A stretch of DNA of 49,234 nt, filler included, from Jimgerdemannia flammicorona (lineage: Eukaryota), in the NCBI GenBank assembly GCA_003990765.1. It is 2 parts of 2 records of this genome, joined end to end, with 100 filler letters (N's around TTAATTAATTAA, not from the genome) between each part and the next. Parts side by side here need not be neighbours in the genome. Positions count along the whole stretch, not along the records: positions 24,671 to 49,234 come from RBNJ01000957.1; 1 more part is not named here. One strand, written 5' to 3'. The translations under genes and the position numbers were made by a program. The notes beneath the pieces were generated by a model. The model worked only from the letters and a program-made list of their open reading frames with translations. It was not told the origin of the DNA and did no database searches. Positions 24,571 to 36,199 of the stretch are shown piece after piece (position 1 is the stretch's first letter; each line of letters begins with the position of its first letter).

Positions 24571-24670
24571 NNNNNNNNNNNNNNNNNNNNNNNNNNNNNN
24601 NNNNNNNNNNNNNNTTAATTAATTAANNNNNNNNNNNNNNNNNNNNNNNNNNNNNNNNNNNNNNNNNNNN
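24571..24670. other. assembly gap with artificial linker (44 N, TTAATTAATTAA, 44 N)
   Basis: Symmetric 100-nt spacer; the 12-mer contains stop codons in all six frames. Confidence 0.97.
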
Positions 24671-27600
24671 CAAGAGAATGCCTTCCTCAGAGCCCAGATA
24701 GCCAACTATGAGAACAGACCAGCACCTACAAATCTGACTCCATTCAGGCAACCACAGCAGCAGCCACCATCAAGAGTTCAAGAAGACCCTATGACAATGC
24801 TCACCAAGCAAATGAAGGACCTGGCCATCGTGGTTGCCCAGCTGAACAACCAAGGTAGAAGACAACAAGACTACCGTCATGATAACAGACCAGACTACTG
24901 GCAACAAGACAACAGAGGTCCTGCCCCCGCACTACCAGCTGCAACTACAGCCTCATCAGCGACTGGTTCCTATGGTCCCACCTGCTTCAGCTGTGGAAAT
25001 CAAGGCCACATCCAGAGGAATTGTCCAAGGAACCAATCCACCCAGTCCAATGACAGAAATGTCAACCTCTTTCAGATAGATGAAGAGACTCAGGAGATGG
25101 AAGAAGAAGCAGCCTGGCTCCATGGTCAAGAAGATGACATCTACCCATACTTCGAGGCTTTTCCATCCAAGGTGACATGGGAAGCTACCCTCGTGGAGAC
25201 TAGAGGACGAGGAAGACCACGAAGGAACCCCCCACCTCAACTGCCAGTAACAGTATCCACTGGCAAGCATCCGCAACATGGCCATTCTTCTTCAGACACT
25301 CCACAAGAACAGGAGAAGTGAGCTAGAAGAGATACTCCTGAACCAGAAGCTGGACCATCTAGGACAACCCCCAGCTCTACCCTGCCAGATCTTGAAGAAG
25401 ATGAGCATATGAGCATAGAATCTTCAGCTGACGAAATGCCCATCAGGAATGAGAGACTACACCCCAAGGGACCAAGACACCGAAGAAGCAGCAAACCCCA
25501 TGCAGCAGCCTCACTTTGGAAACATATCCGCCTACAGAATGCTGGTCTTACAGTTGAGCAAGTCCTCAAGAATGCACCAGAGGTCAGGCGAAAATTCCTG
25601 AAAGAAGCCAAGGAAGATACCAAGAGACTTCCAGTCCAAGGACTACACACTCAAGAACCTAGCACTATCCACATAGCCCATGAGAGCCAGCGATATGAAC
25701 ATCAATCTACAAGACTTGCCAATGGAAAAGTGCATGGTGAAAATGCCAGAATTCTTGTTGATACTAGAGCAGCAGTATGCATCATCACCCAAAGGATGTT
25801 GGAGCGAATTGGATGGGGAATAGATGAAGGAACCAAAGCAAGAGTTATCATGGCCAATGGATCAGCTTCCACATCCCTTGTACTTGTCAGAGACATCCCC
25901 ATTCAAGTCAGAAAGGCCTGCCTCAATGTACCCAAAGCTATCGTGACCCCCACAACCTCCTATGACCTGATCCTGGGAACTGACTGGTTAAGCTGAGTTG
26001 GAGCCAATGTAGATATCAAGAAACAACTCCTAGTCTTCTCCATTCATGGATAGAAGCACAAGGTGCCCATTGACTCGAAAGGATTATCCAAAAGGACGAA
26101 TCAAGCCTCAGAAACAGAATGGCAAGGACATGGCAACACCCCCACTACTACTGAGAATGAAAGTGAGGCCAATTTCCTACAAGAACTAGGAAGTGATTTT
26201 GATGCCCCAAGGGACCAAGAAAGCGAACAAGAAGACTCTTTCATTAGAGTTATTGGTGTTGAAGGTCTGGAAGAAAGCATTGATAGAGCCATTAATGCAA
26301 GGGCAGCACTTGAGTTTGCAGAACCATCTACTTAACCACCACCACTACTGGTAGAAAATTGGATCATGCGAGCCTTTTGTCAAGGCATATGTGAACATTT
26401 CATCAGCTTCCACTCATCAAGAGATGATTGCAGCAATTGCCAAATCCTGGATCTCAAGAAGGTTCCAATGCCAGAAATTGATGATAAGGATGAATTGAAG
26501 TAAGCACCATCCCACAGTCAAATACAACCTCCAACCCCGAAGACCTTCAAGAAGACCTATAAGGGAGGACAGAAGATTCTTGCCCACTAAACATTCGAGT
26601 CCCCTACCATTGAAGAAGAAAGCAGCAGCTCTTACACTATCACTCGGGCCCTCCAGATCACACAGCCCACCTATGACAAGTATCAGAAGAGATTCCCTAC
26701 CAGTAGGGAAGTCAAACAGCGAAATGAAGACTTTGTCAAGAAGGGACATTGTGATTATAGAAAGACCTTTATCTGCCACTGGTGTGAACATTGAGATGTT
26801 CACCTCAGTGAAGATGTCTATGAGAGCTGAGTCAAGAGAAAGGATCCTACCCTGCAAGAACCTCGAATTCGCTAGGCCTGTCGGAAGTGCAAAGAAATCA
26901 ACCATGAAGGAGATTGCAAGTTCAAGAGCAAGACCTCTATCTGGGACCTACCATTGGAAGTTCTTGCCATCATTCGCTGGTACTACTGCCCTCATCAAGG
27001 AAAAGAAGGTATCAATCTTGCCTTCATCCTTATGGAAGCTCTGGACCCTCTAGGAAAGACTGGATTCAATTACACAAGAAACTCAAAGACAGGAGCTCAC
27101 TGGCCTTTCTTCAAACTGGAGCACATGGACTTCTTACCTACAATGGCAACAGCTGAAGCACCATTTCTCAAAGCTCAACCAATTATCCAGGTCAAGCTGC
27201 TTTCACCCTGGACACAGCCACCTCTTGCACAAACAGATGGATCAGTTGGTTATGACCTCTGCCTCTCCTACCAAGCAAGAATCTGACCCAGAAGTACTAG
27301 GATTTTTGACCTACAGATTGCACTTGCTATACCACCTGGACATTATGGACAATTGGCCTCAAGATCCTCATTGGCAACCAAAGGAGTCACAGTAGAAGGA
27401 GGAGTCATCGATCAGGACTACCAAGGTCTCTTGAAGGCCATTATCTGCAATTCTAGTAGAACCAGCTGATTCTTCAGTCCTATGGAAGCCATCTGTCAAA
27501 TCCTGTTTATCAAGACATCACAGCCAACCATCCAAGAGGTAGACCAACTAGAAGATACCAACAGAGGACAAGGAGGCTTTGGAAGCACCAATAGAAATCT

Positions 27601-29442
27601 ACAGACACCACCTATCGAGGTTCATTTAGCAACAGTTGCTCAATTCCGACAAATGAGACCCCACATCTGCCACCCAATCTGAGCAAGAGAAGACATCCTT
27701 CTGCAGCCCTACCAACAAAAAGGCCTAGATGTGCACCTACCAGTAGAAGCAAACAACTTGATATTTGCACCATCACTGGAGCTTCAAAAGGAATACCACA
27801 TCCTCCTGGCTGAAGAACAAATTCATGACCAGATGTCACCGATCCACATCTCTATCAGAAACTTGGGCTTCAAAGTAATAACTATCCCCAAGGGAACAAC
27901 ACTGGGATATTTCGAACTACTGATAGACATCTATGAGAAAGAAGTCTTTGAATTCTTGGGAAATGGCAAGCCCTCTCTGGTGAGACTGACGGTACTAGGG
28001 AGGAAGACTCAGCAAATTCAGCAATCAAAGCTGTCGACATCGAGACAACTCTAACCAAGGACCAGCAACAACAGATACAGGAGTTGATAGAGGAGTACAA
28101 AGATATATTTACCACCACATATAATAACTTCCCACCATATCAATATGGAGAACACCCTATACATACTGGAGATGCAAGACTAATCCAACAATGACCCTAC
28201 TAAACACTATATTATCTGATTGAATTCGAACAACAATACATAGATGAAATGCTATGAAATAGAGTCATCAGACCATCATCAAGCCCCTGGGCTTCACCAG
28301 CAATCATAGTACCAAAGAAAGGAGGATGGAGATTAGTCATGGATTTCAGAAAACTCAACAAAATCACCACAGAAGATGCCTACCTACTGCCAAGAATTGA
28401 TGACCTCATCAATGCCCTCGGAAAAGCCAAATACATGACCACTACTGACCAGTTCCAAGGATTCCAAGTAATACCCATTGCTAAAGAAGATATCTGCAAG
28501 ATGGCCTTCATCACCAGACAAGGACAGTACGAATACCTACGAATGCCCTTTGGACTCTGCAATGCACCTGCCTCATTCTAACGAATGATGAACTATGTCT
28601 ACCGAGACCTCATTAGAAGAAATGTACTAGTGTACATAGATGATGTAATCATCTACTCTGAGACATTCAAGCAGCATTTGTAAGACCTCCATGAAGTATT
28701 CAATACCATTCGAAATTCAGGACTCAGACTCAATGCCAAGAAGTGCTTCTTCAGAAAACATCAAGTCGAATATCTGGGATATGTTGTCTCAGCTCAAGGA
28801 ATACATGCTGACCTCCACAAGGTAGAGAAAGTCAAGAACTACCCAACCCCGACCTCAGCAAAGGAGACCCTATCTTTCCTTATGCTGGCATCCTACTATT
28901 GATGATTCATCCCAAGGTTTTCAGATAAGACAGTACCTCTCCAAGATATCTCCAAGAAGGACCAACCATTCTACTGGAAAGAAGAATAACAAAAGTCATT
29001 TGACCTACTCAAGAAGGCCCTTACCAAAGCCCCTGTCCTGGTGTGACCAGACATTGGCAAACCATTCATCCTGGCAACTGATGCCTCAGCCTTAGGACTT
29101 AGATCAATTCTGTCTCAGCAAGATGACCAGAAGAGGGAGCATGTTATCGAATATGCTAGTAAGGCCACAAATGAAATACAAGCAAACTATGGAGCCACTA
29201 AGTTGGAATGCCTAGCAGTAGTTTGGACTGTGGACCACTTCCGACACTATCTCTTGGGAAAGAGATTTGCCCTCATCACTGACCATCAAGCTCTACAATG
29301 GTTGTTCAACAAGCCAGAGCCCTCAGGAAACTTCACTAGATGAATCATGTCTCTGCAAGAATATCAGTTCACTATTGTCTACAAGAAAGGTGCTAAAAAT
29401 TCCAATGTCGATACCCTGTCAAGAATCCCGCGAAACCAATAA
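24671..29442 (+). pseudogene. E1 gag-pol: Gag-PR-insert-dUTPase-RT-RNase H, ending before integrase
   Basis: One frame from 24671 to ~27990 with only C>T-type stops, then one frameshift. SPWASP, MDFRKLN, RMPFGLCNAPASF. Ends DTLSRIPRNQ* at 29440-29442. Confidence 0.9.
27182..27592 (+). pseudogene. dUTPase domain of E1, between PR and RT
   Basis: All five motifs: SVGYDL, SRSSLATKG, GGVIDQDYQG, ICQILF, RGQGGFGST. Confidence 0.93.
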
Positions 29443-29465
29443 GAAGGGAAGGAGCCCCCACAAGA

Positions 29466-30685
29466 ATGAACCAAGAATTGCACCTCGCCCTCACCTGGAG
29501 TCTGCACTATAGAAGCTTCAAGAAAGGAATCCAACCAGCTCACAAGTTGTTTATCCAAAGGAATTTCAAGAAATTCCAAGAAGGTAATGGTGAACTTTGG
29601 AGAGTAGAAGGAGAGCAGTACACCTGAGTTCCAAGAGAGGAAGCAATATTGAAGATCCTGATAACAAATTATGACCAAAATGCACACTAAGGAATTGGTG
29701 CCACAATCGCAAGAATCAAGAAGTGATACTGGTGGCCCAAGATGAGAAAACAAATTTCAATGCACATTCAACAATGTGATACCTGCCAAGATACCGACAA
29801 AAGCCTACCGATAGAGCACCATTAATATTGATTACAGCACCAGCTGGAGCCTTTCAAAGACTGGGAATAGACATTATTGGACCCCTACCAGTAACTAGCT
29901 AAGGAAGATGCTACATCCTCACTATTGAAGACCACCTGACAAAATGGCCTGAAGCCTTTGCCATTGAGACTGCCGATGCCCAGACAATTATTGGGATCCT
30001 GTATGATGAAATTTTCAGCCGCCATGGTGTGCCCAAGGAAATCATTACAGACCAAGGCCGAGAATTCATCAACCAAGCCATGAAGACCTTTGCGAGCAAC
30101 TTCAAGATCAAGCTATGACCAACAACAGCCTACCACCTACAGGCAAATGGACTTACTGAACGAATGAACCAGACCATCAAGCGAGATCTCAGTAGAACCG
30201 GAGATCAACTAAACTGGGATATCTATCTATCAGCAATTCTGTTCAGCATCTGTACCTCTAAGGCAACCACTATCCAACAGACCCCCTTCTATTTGGTGTA
30301 TGGCTGAGAAGCACAAGATCCTACTGAACCAGTCCAGCTAGATCTATCAAAATGAGTCACAGAAGAGATCACTCGGTTACATGACATACACCAGCAAGCA
30401 CGAGGATTTATTGCCAAGGCACAAGAATGACAAAAGAGGTACTATGACTGCAAAGCCAACCTCAAACCCCTGCTCATTGGACAAAAGGTTCTGGTGTACT
30501 GTACCATCATAGAAGGAAATTGGAGTGCCAAGCTTGAACCAAAATTGGAAGGCCCCTATCTCATACACCAAGTATTCTTGAACCACACTTATCAACTCAA
30601 GACCTTGGATAGAGTTATACTCAAGACCAAGATACACTACAACCGCATAAGACTCTACTACTCAAGAGAAGCAAAACGCATTTGA
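29466..30685 (+). pseudogene. E1 integrase, separate ORF
   Basis: Starts MNQELHL. Motifs WWPKM..CDTCQ, LGIDIIGPL, ITDQGREF, ANGLTERMN, KLEPKLEGPY. Confidence 0.9.
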
Positions 30686-30808
30686 ACAATCCTGTTCACT
30701 CTGTCTATATCATCTCTGCTGGAGATACGATGGACGTTTCACTTGGAACTCAAGAAAGCCAACAACATTGGAACTAGACTCAAGCCCATCTATGTGACAG
30801 ACATTGTT

Positions 30809-32000
30809 TTTTTTTTTTTTTTGTTTAACGGACTCTATGTCCCACAGATTTTTATTGGAAGGAAACCTAGACTATATAGGCCAAAACTCTCCCCCACCAC
30901 CCATCAAGCACTGCCCCCCCATTAACCTAGGCTAGCTATTGTCCAGCAGCTCGACCATGCCAGGTACAGCAGGGCAAAGTAGCCCACACCTCATTCTGCA
31001 CACCATGCTCTCCCTACCATCAGGGGAAACCCAGCCATATGCCAATGACCGAAAGCATACACCCGAGAACTCAATGTATGTACAAGGCCATGCCTGAGCT
31101 GAATAGAATAGCCCCTGCCACCCCAAAGGAAATGACAGGCAAAGAAAAAACCCTCATCAAAGCACAACACAGTGGGTAGGGCCTGGTTCTCCCAGTTGAG
31201 GTGAGTAGAGGACTTATACGTGAGGTGGGAGGAGACCCCCAATACCCTACTACTCAAGCCTGCAGGCCTCAATCATGTTGCCATGTCAGCTCCCGGTTCC
31301 AGTTGAGTGCAGCTAAGACGCCTGAAATGGGTAGCCTCAGGCCCCCCGACCCCCCTGGACAACCGGGGCCCAACCCCACAAATCACCAAAAGAAGCCGAG
31401 AGTGACACCTACCACCTAACTGCATCGCACCAATCAAAAGGCCCCACCGAAGCAGCACCCACCCCAGCCCTGACAACTGCCCCTAGCCTGGCACCCTACT
31501 GGTTCACCGTAATCGCCCTTCCTCCTATCTGTGACGGCCATCTCCCCTCCCATCCCGACATCACCCGAAAAACAGTTACCTATGCCAGAACTGCGCTCGC
31601 CGGGAAGCTCGCCAAAGCCAGAGGGCCCCACCACAGGTACCGAGGACCTGCAGGTAACCTATACTGAGCACTTGATGCCCAAGGTCGGCCAACTCCCTAC
31701 ATAGCCTGAGACACACCAAGACAACTCCTTGTTGGCAATGGCAAAAGGAAGAAGGTGCTGCACCAAAACAGGTACACCCCAGATGCAGCTGAAGGCACCA
31801 GAATCCGCAAAAAAGTGGAGGAATCACTGATCCGACACTGATAAAGGGGCAACACATCACTATTGCCCTCCTCCCACCATGCCCTTATAGGCACAGTAAA
31901 CCAACCCAAGGTAGAGGGGGGTAATATTAGGGGAAAGGGGACTCAGAAGGTCACCTACCAAACCTTGTGACTGGTAAGGTAGCGGAGAAAGGAGCTAATG
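30809..32000 (-). mobile_element. ~1.2-kb non-autonomous poly(A) retroposon, copy 2
   Basis: T run ~30807-30822. TSD GTGACAGACATT(G/A)TT at 30794-30808 and 32001-32015. Confidence 0.92.
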
Positions 32001-32330
32001 GTGACAGACATTATTACTAAGAAATTGCCTCGGATTACAAGAAATACTATTTCCGATGGGTTCGAACCCCAGCCACAACTATGGGAGCCCTTGCCCTAGA
32101 CAAGGATGGCCAGTCCTCACAAATGCGCTGACATTCTGCTCATCCCTGGAGTTAAGACCACCCAACTCTGTATAACCCTCACCGCTGAGGACAGCTCTAA
32201 TTTTGCAAGGGGCAGATGTGACATACACAATTGACAATGGAGTACCAGTGGCTGCTAAGATCAGACAACATAATGGCATGACAATTGAATAGACAGCCTG
32301 ACCCATTAGGTGATCACCCCAAAAGGAGCA

Positions 32331-33304
32331 ATGATAATCTGAGCCAAAAAGAAGACTACATTATTTAAAGAACCATACTCTGCCTCAGGAATCAGCACCA
32401 AAGAACAAGTACCCACCACACAATGCCTCCTATCCGCCACCCCAACCAGACCTTCCACCACTCTTCCCCTGCCTGGCCCAAAGACTCTAATCCTTGAAGC
32501 TATCAAAAAGGCTATTTGGTGTCCAGACACCTCTGAATATCTGAACTTCTATACCGAGGATCTTGGACACTTCATCAATTACCAGTACATAATGACCCAA
32601 CAGCTCAAAGATACCACTGAACGAATGACCCTCTGGCATAATTATGAAATTGGACACCGCCTTCATAATGAAACCCAAGAAGGCAACCAGAAAGACCTCA
32701 TTGCTGAAATGTTAACCACCAGCCGGCTAATTAAGAGAGCCCTCCATGTCCACCAAATCTTCCACTATATTCCCTGGGCTATAGCACACTTACAAGGAGT
32801 GACTGCTGGAAGTCTTGCCCGTCTCTCAACTGAAGATACAGACTGGATAGAATCAGAAGTAGCCAACTCCATTGGTAGTAACCAGGTCGCTGTAGGAAGC
32901 CAACAAACTGAGCTCACTCAACCAGGCTTTTACACCACTCCACTCCGAGACAACTATCAAGGTCACCTAATGAGTCTCATGGAAATCTTCAAAGGACCAC
33001 TCATTACCATTACAACACCTGTTGGAGCAACCCCAACTACTCACCACTCTGTCAGCTACAATTCGCACCTCATCATTTGGGAACCAAATCAGAAGTCCCA
33101 GAAGTCCCTACCAACATGGAAACTGAAGGATCTGAGGAAGAAGAAGAGAAGGAACAAAGAATCTACCAATCCTCTGTCCACCTTCAAGCAGTCCAAGGGT
33201 TGGAGAATATCATCGAAGATGATTGGCCACAATTCTACCCCCTCACCTCCTGGCCGGCGCTCCCACCCTTTGAAGAATGGGATGAAGAAGTCACAACCCA
33301 GTAA
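32331..33304 (+). CDS. E1 accessory ORF-Y, uncharacterised; probable frameshift into an acidic tail
   Basis: TTERMTLWHNYEIGHRL...ALHVHQIFHYIPWAIAHLQGVT is homologous to ORFs at the same position in E2 and E3. Start and end uncertain. Confidence 0.65.
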
Positions 33305-33403
33305 GATGATTGGATCACTGACGAAGGGTATTTTACCATTCAGTGATCCAACGTCCGTTTCCTCAGTCCAGTCAGCCAATGTTTGTCAGCAAGTCAGCAA
33401 CAT

Positions 33404-33584
33404 CCATTTTCAGCAATACTACCCACAATATCCATATCCAGCACTAGCACTCATCTTATCCCAATTCAGCGCAAACAATTGTCACACCCATTTTCAGCAA
33501 TACTACTCACAACATCCATATCCAGCACTAGCACTCATCTTATTCCAATTCGGCACAAACAATTGTCACACCCATATTCAGCAA
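33404..33584 (+). repeat. 84-bp tandem repeat, ~2.15 copies, upstream of the E1 TATA box
   Basis: CCATTTTCAGCAA recurs at 33404, 33488 and 33572. Confidence 0.9.
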
Positions 33585-33622
33585 TTAAACTACCACAATG
33601 TAGTATACCTTAGCCCCCCCCC

Positions 33623-33676
33623 ATAGCTAGCAAATTTGTATAAATAACCCTATATCTTAGAGTGAATAAACCTCAG
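33623..33676 (+). promoter_or_regulatory. E1 LTR core: TATA box and poly(A) signal
   Basis: TATAAATA-N18-AATAAA. 50/54 identical by eye to 46405-46458 (minus strand). Confidence 0.8.
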
Positions 33677-34471
33677 TCAGTTTGTGTTTAAAGTAAAAAG
33701 AATTACAGAGAAACCTTACTGCCTCCAAGAGACCAGATAAATTCTAAGAACAAGATAACTAGAGCAACAATCGCTCAAGGTTTGAGTTAAAGAATTTTCT
33801 CTTGCTATGGAAAATGTTCAAGATTTGCTGCTAAAGGAAAGCTGCACAAAAAAACTGCCAACTGCCACTGAGATCCTACTAGCCCAACTGTCATGTATTC
33901 GACCTGACTGCCATATATTCAGAACCAACTGCCATTTGAGGTTCAAGACCACACATTCGAGACCCGCCATTCAAGTGTTAAGACCCCAGCCAAGGAACCC
34001 AAGGATACTTAGCTTAGGAAAGCCAGCACCATCATCATTCACCTAATAAGTCAGATGGACAAGTTCCCCTTTTACCCGCTGCACCATGAACCATATATGT
34101 TCAAGAAGTAATTCACCACTAGAAAAATTCATCAACCACTAAACAACTGAGCCTCCACCATACGAATCAGACAAACCGATCACATGACCACCAACCTGCA
34201 ACCATCATAAACACACTCAGTCATATATCATATGCTCCACCAAGTGGCACATTGAGCCATGCTTGAAGCAACTAGGGATACAAACCATATACTACAATAT
34301 ATATTTGACTCATATGTCTAATAGAATAGCTCATATGTCTGATAGAATAATATCACATTATTTAGATTTAATAAGTTTCTTTATCTCTTTTCTTTATCCT
34401 TCACTAAGATCTCCAATCCTCTTCACTGAGATTCCCTGCATCTCTTTACTAAGATTCTCTTTATTTATTTA

Positions 34472-34920
34472 CTATTACTTCTTTACCAACCTCTTTACTA
34501 TCTAGATATCTTATCATGCTAAGATCTGCAAAAAAATTCTTTACTATCTAAATTTTCTTACTGCTAAGATCTCTTTTACTATCTCAACTATCTTTATTAC
34601 TTACTAAGATTCTCTTCACTAAGACCTCTTTACCATCTGATTTTCTTCAACAAGATCTTCTATACTTTTTTACCAAGATCCTCATCACTCCTTCACTATT
34701 ACTTCTTTACTAACTTTTTTATCATCTAGATTTCCTTACTATACTAAGATCTGCTCAGATTTTCTTTATTGCCTAAATTTTTTTACTACTAAGATCTCCT
34801 TTACTACTTTAACTATCTTTATTACTTACTAAGACCTCTTTATCAAGATTCCTTCACTGTTTGATTTTCTTTAATAAGATCCTCTTTACCTCTTTACTTA
34901 GAACTCTTTCATTATCTAGA
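34472..34920. repeat. degenerate 224-bp tandem duplication in an AT-rich tract
   Basis: CTATTACTTCTTTAC at 34472 and 34696, with colinear downstream sequence. Confidence 0.75.
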
Positions 34921-36199
34921 TCACCATTACTACTAAGTCTTCTTCACTACTGAGATTCTATATATCACTGAGATATACCTCTTATTCTAAAGTTGATCAT
35001 AGAGACTATATCCACCAATACTCAAAATATTTATAGAAATTTATATCTCATAATAGATTGATACAATATTGTCAACATTTTTATCCATTATATTCAATAC
35101 AATATAGAGAGGACCCATGGTCTACTGGTGTTAATTCTAAGACAGCTAGTGTGGCTAATTTAGCTCCAGGTATTACTGCTATTATTTCCAGAGCTCTTGA
35201 TGATTTCAAAGATACTGAGATAGATATTAATATTTTGACCAGCTAATCTCTTGAAGAATTATCAGTAAACTTCAGTAATGAGTCTGAGTCTGAGTCTGAG
35301 TCATCATTTGATGTAATATTGACTATTTAGTCAAAAATTATAATAATTTGATACAACCTCCTAAGATACTTCGGTTTGGTGATACTCTCTCTCACTCTAA
35401 TATTAGATATTATTATATAGTAGTTACTGAGTCCTTCAAATATATCAGATTCTCTTCAAGGTATATCTCTTAGACTAACTCAAGTTTATTATAAGTAAGT
35501 TCTTATTAGAGTATCTTCCCAAGATCTTATAGTCCTCAAACTTCTTATCTTTAAACTGTCTTGTTATCTCTTAGATTACTTGCAAGGAATTGAGAGTAAG
35601 TAAACTAGAACTGACTTTATTTTGAAGGAAATAAGAGGGGTATTTATATAAAATATAATTCAATGGTTGCTAAGATATAAAGCTAAATATAAATTCCAAT
35701 AACCAATAAAATACTAGAACACAGAAAACTATAGTTGTCAGTATAGATTCCAGTATTAGTATAGATGGTTGCACAAGTTCAAGGTACTGGTAGAACTTGG
35801 TATACAGGAAAAGGATGCTAGAAGAATTCTGAGTCACACAAGGTCAGAATGCTAGTAGAAGAATTAACTATTATATGGGAAAAGAATACTGGCAGAATTT
35901 GGTATTACCAAGAACTTTAAAGCAGGATGTTCAGAACCATGGGGGCTTCATCTTTGTCATTGCTAAAGGAGATGAGATCTGTAAATATTTTATTCATCTC
36001 ATCACATAGATCGCACATTTTGTATATATTGTACAGAATAATATCATCACTGATGATATCATCATATTTGGTGGCAGCAAGGGCTCTCTAATATATGATA
36101 TTCTCTTTCACAAAATAAGAAACAAATGTGAGCTCTTGGAGAGGTCTAATCTGAATACTGGGGCCTTAGAATACTGAGATCAATCCTTACAGGAACTGA

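Larger units (their letters stand above)
24671..34296 (+). mobile_element. Ty3/gypsy E1 (5' part lost in the gap; 3' boundary approximate)
   Basis: Gag knuckle CFSCGNQGHIQRNC, PR ILVDTRAA, dUTPase, RT YIDDV, RH LATDAS, integrase, accessory ORFs, and LTR TATA/AATAAA at 33640-33670. Confidence 0.9.

Noticed and set aside
33305..33626. C-terminal part of the 344-aa ORF 32592-33626
   Set aside because: It reads through the hairpin and 84-bp repeats; likely a frameshift artefact beyond the real ORF-Y.
35090..35600. Possible fourth ORF-Y homolog on the minus strand
   Set aside because: The similarity did not hold in a single frame; too decayed.
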